The notes beneath the pieces are model-generated. The model was not told the origin of the DNA. It saw only the letters and a list, made by a program, of their open reading frames with translations, and searched no databases. A DNA stretch of 64,000 bases from an uncultured delta proteobacterium. Its GTDB lineage: Bacteria; Desulfobacterota; Binatia; UBA9968. Within the stretch, counting starts at the first letter, position 1, and every line of letters begins with the position of its first letter. Position numbers and translations under genes: made by a program. Location: NCBI GenBank assembly GCA_963727625.1, contig CAVSHR010000002.1:736001-800000 (forward strand), in the 5' to 3' direction. This document shows, piece by piece, positions 59,111 through 64,000 of the stretch.

Positions 59111-59977
59111 ATGAAACTTAGCCGAATTTATTTGCCGGTGGTTGCCGCAGTAATGTTGTGCGCGGCCCCGACAATCTGGGGCGCCGAGACCTTTCGCGTC
59201 GGCTTTCCATCGCTGGCGACCGGCTTTGTGCCGTCGTGGGTCGCCGCGGACAAGAGGCTATGGAAAAAAATGGGCTCGACGTCGAATTGATTTTCCTGCG
59301 CGGCGGTTCACGCACCGTGTCCGCCATGCTCGGCGGCATCGTGCATTTTTTATCATCGGCTCGGATCTGGGCGCGATCACGGCGATTTTCCAGGGCGCGA
59401 CGCGGCATATGCCAGGGTGGTCAAGCTGCTGCGCGATAACGGCATGGACGCGAGCAAGGATGTGACGTTTCTTTCCGTCGGCGACGGCGGTCCGGCAGCT
59501 CGGGTGGCCGCGCTGTCGAGCGGCGCAATCCAGGCGACCATGTTTACGCCGCCATCGGATATGATCTCGCAAAAGGCCGGCATGCGCATTCTGACCAAAA
59601 TCGACGTGGCCAACGTCGGCGGTGGCTTGAACGTCACCACGGCCGTGTTGCAAAAAAACGGCCCGCAGCTGCTGCGTTTTCTGCGCGGCTACATGCAAGC
59701 GATTCACTACCTCAAGTCGCACAAGGATGAGAGTTTAAAGATCTTTGCCAAATATGTACGCAATCCCGATCTGACGATCATGGCTCACCTCTACGACGAG
59801 ATTTCGAGCCGCGCGGAACCAAGCCTGCGGCCGCAACCGGACGCCGTGCGCGCGCTGCTGGAACTGGCTGCGCTGGATTTCCCGCAGGCCAGGCGCTTGA
59901 GCGAAAAGGACAATTGGGATTTGAGCTTGCTCGACGAGATTCAAGAGTCCGGATTCTTGGAGCGGCTTTATCGGTAG
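59111..59977 (+). pseudogene. NitT/TauT family substrate-binding protein with two frameshifts and an internal deletion
   Basis: MKLSRIYLPVV...SWVAADKRLWKK / NGLDVELIFLRGG...HF / IIGSDLG...QGA, then jumps to AAYARVVKLL. Shifts fall in the A-run ~59265 and T-run ~59348. Confidence 0.8.
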
Positions 59978-60358
59978 GGCCCTGGACTCAAGACCTGTTG
60001 ATTACCAATCAAGCGAGACTCCGTTAGAAATCTCATCAAACCGTAGCGTCTCGCGGTTCAATCCTGGGGCATCTGCCTCCACGATTCGAGAGTGAAATCT
60101 TAAATTACAAGTCTTTTGCCCATTCTATTTGCGAAAGTCCATATTTATCTCTAAGTTCGTCGTGCCACCAAAGCATATGTGCCAATTCTCATGGCCTGTT
60201 TCTACCGCAACTACCAGTAAGTGCCTTCGAGTCAAGGCGGTAAGAAGATTCATCAACATCTGACTTGTCTGACACAATCGCCTTCAGTACTATAGGGTTC
60301 GGCTTTATCCTGAGTATCGAATCATGAATTTCCCAAAAGTAAATCTGAGAGGTGTTTT

Positions 60359-63073
60359 ATGAAGTTACCGGGAGAGCAGGAGGCCATGCGCATTAGCTGT
60401 TTTCATCCATCGAGAAAATTTATCGAGTTTCCCAAGGAAGATGTTGACACATCTATTCCTGAACGATTTGAAAAGATCGTCTCCGAATATCCCCACCTAA
60501 TTGCCGTCGCTACGCCATCGGAGGAGCTCACCTATGAACAGCTCAATCGAAGAGTTAACAGCATAGCCCATGCGATCATCTCAGAATTTGGCAGCAAACA
60601 GGAACCCGTGGGACTTTTGCTGGGGAAGGGCTTGCCGCTGATCGTGGCGATATTAGCGACCCTCAAAGCCGGTAAGATGTACGTCCTCGTTGACCCCTCT
60701 TATCCACGTGAGCGCATCAATCACATATTGAACCATGCGCAGGCTCGAATCGTTTTTACGAATGGTGATTTAACCTTCGCCAACGAATCAAATTGTCAGG
60801 ATCGACACTTCTTGAATCTGAAAGCCCTGAATACTAATGGCCTTCATCATAACCCAAAAGTTACAGTTTTGCCCGATGCGCTGGCCGCAATCCACTACAC
60901 CTCGGGCTCAACAGGTGAGCCCAAAGGGGTTATGCAGAGTCATCGTAAGATTCTACATCCGGTCTTTCGCGAAACCAACGAAACGCACGTCTGCCCTGAC
61001 GATCGATTCATATTTCCCGCCTCCCGAGGGGGCGATATGTTCACAGCACTTTTAAACGGTGCTTCTGTATATCCCTTCGATATTAACGAGAGTGGATTCG
61101 CTGGCCTCATTAGAACCCTTCAACAAGATCGGATTACGATCTATAGTTCGGTTACGTCGACATTTCGCTTTCTGCTCCATAGTTCAAGCAACGATCAACG
61201 ATTCTCCGACGTCCGTTTAATCAAACTCATTGGCGAACCATTGTACAAAAACGACATCGAATTATATCGAAAACAATTCTCACCAGAGTGCATCATTGTT
61301 AACAGATTAGGTAGTAATGAAACCGGAGCTATCTGTGAAAACTTTGTGAATCAACAATCCACACTCCAAGACAATCTTATTGCTGTCGGATTTCCGTCTG
61401 TCGACAAGCAAGTCTCGCTTTTGGACGACTACGGTCAAGAAGTGGCCGACGGAGAGATTGGTGAATTCGCGGTCAAAAGTCGCTATTTGGCGGTTGGTTA
61501 TTGGCGTAATGAGGCGTTGACCCAAGCGAAATTCAAAAGAGACCCTTCAGATGAGGACCTACGGCTGTACCGCTTAGGTGATTTGGGTCGAAAGCGAGCG
61601 GATGGCTCCTATATTCATGTTGGGCGAAAAGATTTCCAGCTGAAAATTAACGGTAATCGCGTGGAAGTTGCCGAAGTTGAAGCAGCTCTTTTGAATTGTA
61701 CCAATGTCAAAGAGGCGGTTGTTGTCGGCGAAGATGATGCAATGGGAAACAAAAGATTGGTTGCCTTCCTCACGGTACACTCACAGCCAGCACCATCACC
61801 TCAGGAATTGAGAACGACTTTAAAAGCCCAATTCCCCGAGTTTATGGTTCCTTCTGAATTTGTATGTCTGAAGGCTTTGCCCGTAATCGGTGTAGGTAAG
61901 GTTGATCGTAAAGCGCTTGCGAATCTCGATCGCTCGAGATCATTCCTGGCCGATCATTACGTGTCTCCGCGCAACCCAATAGAAAATGAATTGACTGTCA
62001 TATGGTCCCAATTGCTGAATTTGCCGCAGGTTGGTATCGATGATGACTTTTTTTTGCTTGGAGGCCACTCACTTCTAGCCGCCCAGATGTTTGCTATGCT
62101 CGACGAGAAGTTCGGCCGGACATATCCTCTAAGCCTGTTATTGTCATCGCCTACCATTAGGCAATTGGCCAAACACTTTGCCCAGCCACAAGATACGCGA
62201 AGCAAGTTTATCTCTTTGGTTCCTTTGCGATCTTCTGGAAAGCGGCCATCCATATTCGCGGTGCCTGGAGTATTCGGGAACGTGCTCGGATATGCTGAAT
62301 TGGCCCGACAGTTGGGCGACGATCAACCTTTTTACGCGTTACAATCAGTTGGTTTGGATGGACTTCAGCCACCTATTGAGACCATCGAAGAGATGGCAGC
62401 GCTGTATATTAGAGAAATCAGATCAGTACAAAGTCAGGGTCCGTATGTGATCATTGGGGCTTGCTTCGGTGCCACGGTAGCGTATGAGATCGCGCACCAG
62501 TTGTTGGCGGCTGGAAAAAAAGTTACCTATCTCGGGCTGATCGACCCGAGCAATCGGGAATATCGAAGGGACAATGCCGCGAGTGATGGGCATTTTGAAG
62601 CTTGGAATAAAATCCAGGCTATCGCGAACCTTTTATCGTCCCGGATAAAGCTGTACGGCGACGGTTTTCGTAATACAACCAGTCGCAAACGGATCTCTTA
62701 CGCGCTACGGAAAGCGCATTCCGTTGGCTCCACTCTCACAGACCGTAATAAAATAAAACGTTTGGCCAGAGAGCTACATCAACTTGAGGTTGCTAGTGCA
62801 AACCGTAGAGCCCTCCGTCGCTACCGTTGGGAGCCGCTCATTGGACAGCTGAAAACCTTTGAGGTCTTTGAGTCACATCACGTTCGCCACCGCCGATCGG
62901 ATAGGATTCCTTGGCAGATGCTGTGGGTTGGCGAAGTGAATATGAATCATTTTCCAGCGAAGGACTCCGGCGACCTAATCAGTACATATGTGATTGAACT
63001 GAGTCGGATGATCTCTGAGCGCCTGGATACCGCGCTCGATTGCAAAATCCTTAAGCGTGGCGACTCCGCATGA
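60359..63073 (+). CDS. Stand-alone NRPS-like enzyme (adenylation-thiolation-thioesterase)
   Basis: TYEQL, YTSGSTGEPKG, YRLGDLG, GRKDFQLKING.RVE, GKVDRKAL; carrier domain DFFLLGGHSL; TE GPYVIIGACFG. Confidence 0.9.
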   Translation: MKLPGEQEAMRISCFHPSRKFIEFPKEDVDTSIPERFEKIVSEYPHLIAVATPSEELTYEQLNRRVNSIAHAIISEFGSKQEPVGLLLGKGLPLIVAILATLKAGKMYVLVDPSYPRERINHILNHAQARIVFTNGDLTFANESNCQDRHFLNLKALNTNGLHHNPKVTVLPDALAAIHYTSGSTGEPKGVMQSHRKILHPVFRETNETHVCPDDRFIFPASRGGDMFTALLNGASVYPFDINESGFAGLIRTLQQDRITIYSSVTSTFRFLLHSSSNDQRFSDVRLIKLIGEPLYKNDIELYRKQFSPECIIVNRLGSNETGAICENFVNQQSTLQDNLIAVGFPSVDKQVSLLDDYGQEVADGEIGEFAVKSRYLAVGYWRNEALTQAKFKRDPSDEDLRLYRLGDLGRKRADGSYIHVGRKDFQLKINGNRVEVAEVEAALLNCTNVKEAVVVGEDDAMGNKRLVAFLTVHSQPAPSPQELRTTLKAQFPEFMVPSEFVCLKALPVIGVGKVDRKALANLDRSRSFLADHYVSPRNPIENELTVIWSQLLNLPQVGIDDDFFLLGGHSLLAAQMFAMLDEKFGRTYPLSLLLSSPTIRQLAKHFAQPQDTRSKFISLVPLRSSGKRPSIFAVPGVFGNVLGYAELARQLGDDQPFYALQSVGLDGLQPPIETIEEMAALYIREIRSVQSQGPYVIIGACFGATVAYEIAHQLLAAGKKVTYLGLIDPSNREYRRDNAASDGHFEAWNKIQAIANLLSSRIKLYGDGFRNTTSRKRISYALRKAHSVGSTLTDRNKIKRLARELHQLEVASANRRALRRYRWEPLIGQLKTFEVFESHHVRHRRSDRIPWQMLWVGEVNMNHFPAKDSGDLISTYVIELSRMISERLDTALDCKILKRGDSA

Positions 63074-63425
63074 GCCACCGGCAGCACAATCGGACATTCT
63101 GGATAAGAGAAAAGATATTACGAGTGTGAACTTAAGGACCTCATTACGACGGGCCACCATTTTCGTTTAAGCTCAGCGACAGCGTAAGGATCAAGCTACC
63201 CTTCCCATTGACTCAATCCTGCCAGGCCGCTGTCCTTTTATTGTCTGTGTGCCGGAAACAACAAGATCTACGAACTGCCGTTTCGAGGTAGCACTCGTAG
63301 CTTGTTTTTACTGGACTTTGTGGAGTTAGAATCTGGTCACGACTAATTTTCGCATGGCTCTGAAGAGCGCGTCGCCGCTAGTCGATGCAACGCATCATTT
63401 GCTTGTAACTTTCGAGCGTGCGGCT

Positions 63426-63998
63426 TTACGGTTTCTTTTCAAACAAGCTCGGGCTCATGCGCGAGGTCACGCCTTCTTTCTTGAGCGTGGCTTCGTACTC
63501 GTCGCGAATGAACGGATCCTCTTCGTCGTAGGGGATCGCCGTGCCGCCGTCGCGGATATCGATGGCGCCCTCGTCGATGGCTTTCTCACCCGGCCGGCCG
63601 GCTTGCTGGGCGCGGTGATTGTTGGGACCGTACCAACCCAACAAGCGCATGGGCTCTTTGCTCACGCCGAAGTGGGCGTGATACCAATCGCCGCTCATCG
63701 GCGCGGCGCTCACCATGCCTACGTGTTCGTAATCCTGGCGGATAACCTGGTCGGCGTGGCCGTCCTTCCACGGCGTGATGCCGAGCTTGGTCGGCCAGGT
63801 GTAGGTGTAACCCTTGCCTTTGATGCAGACGAGCACGGCCGCGGAAGCGTGGGCATGGGCCTTCGAGTATCTGCCGTTCTCATGCTCGCCGATGAATTGG
63901 TAAAAGACATTTTCGGTCATGCGCGGCTCCATGCGCCGGTAACCGGGCGAGCGGCGATTGTCCAGGGGTAATTCGCTATTGAAAACATCGGGAATGAT
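63426..63998 (-). CDS. Cupin protein, C-terminal part (5' end outside the window); paralog of 2-1078
   Basis: YSKAHAH, KGKGY, WYHAHF, GGTAIPYDEEDP; frame open to the window edge. Confidence 0.85.
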   Translation of the reverse strand: MIPDVFNSELPLDNRRSPGYRRMEPRMTENVFYQFIGEHENGRYSKAHAHASAAVLVCIKGKGYTYTWPTKLGITPWKDGHADQVIRQDYEHVGMVSAAPMSGDWYHAHFGVSKEPMRLLGWYGPNNHRAQQAGRPGEKAIDEGAIDIRDGGTAIPYDEEDPFIRDEYEATLKKEGVTSRMSPSLFEKKP

Positions 63999-64000
63999 GT

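Noticed and set aside
63354-63971. Long ORFs overlapping real genes on the opposite strand or in shifted frames (e.g. 296-1057, 7336-8274, 14697-15503, 52177-52962, 63354-63971)
   Set aside because: Shadow ORFs typical of high-GC DNA; the overlapping frame carries the recognisable family motifs.

Overview
A GC-rich bacterial window of accessory genes, with no rRNA, tRNA, CRISPR array or transposase. Its gene content suggests Candidatus Binatia or a related uncultured deltaproteobacterial lineage (inference from gene style only): many orphan TctC/Bug and NitT/TauT solute-binding proteins, plus Rieske, amidohydrolase, cupin, luciferase-like (LLM) and CoA-transferase genes. 1-14 kb: catabolic enzymes and a tctCAB transporter, including a Rieske oxygenase whose [2Fe-2S] domain is out of frame between three compensating +1 insertions. 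14-22.4 kb is the most novel region, a sigma54 module. It holds two paralogous, internally duplicated Zn-hydrolase-like lipoproteins, two enhancer-binding proteins (bEBPs) sharing a 701-bp apparently identical core, an uncharacterised protein and a stand-alone pseudo-receiver. Two promoters there share the same layout: paired upstream sites 42 bp apart and a -24/-12 box 132-133 bp further on. 23-35 kb: an array of solute-binding proteins with five TctC genes around a TctA-TctB fusion, then pal. 35-44.5 kb: a decaying kaiC-kaiB-linked histidine kinase cascade. 45-60 kb: a candidate structured RNA, more binding proteins, an orphan glmL and an ABC exporter. 60-63 kb: an AT-richer stand-alone A-T-TE NRPS-like gene with a Cys-type thioesterase. 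All assignments come from motifs read by eye; no searches were run.
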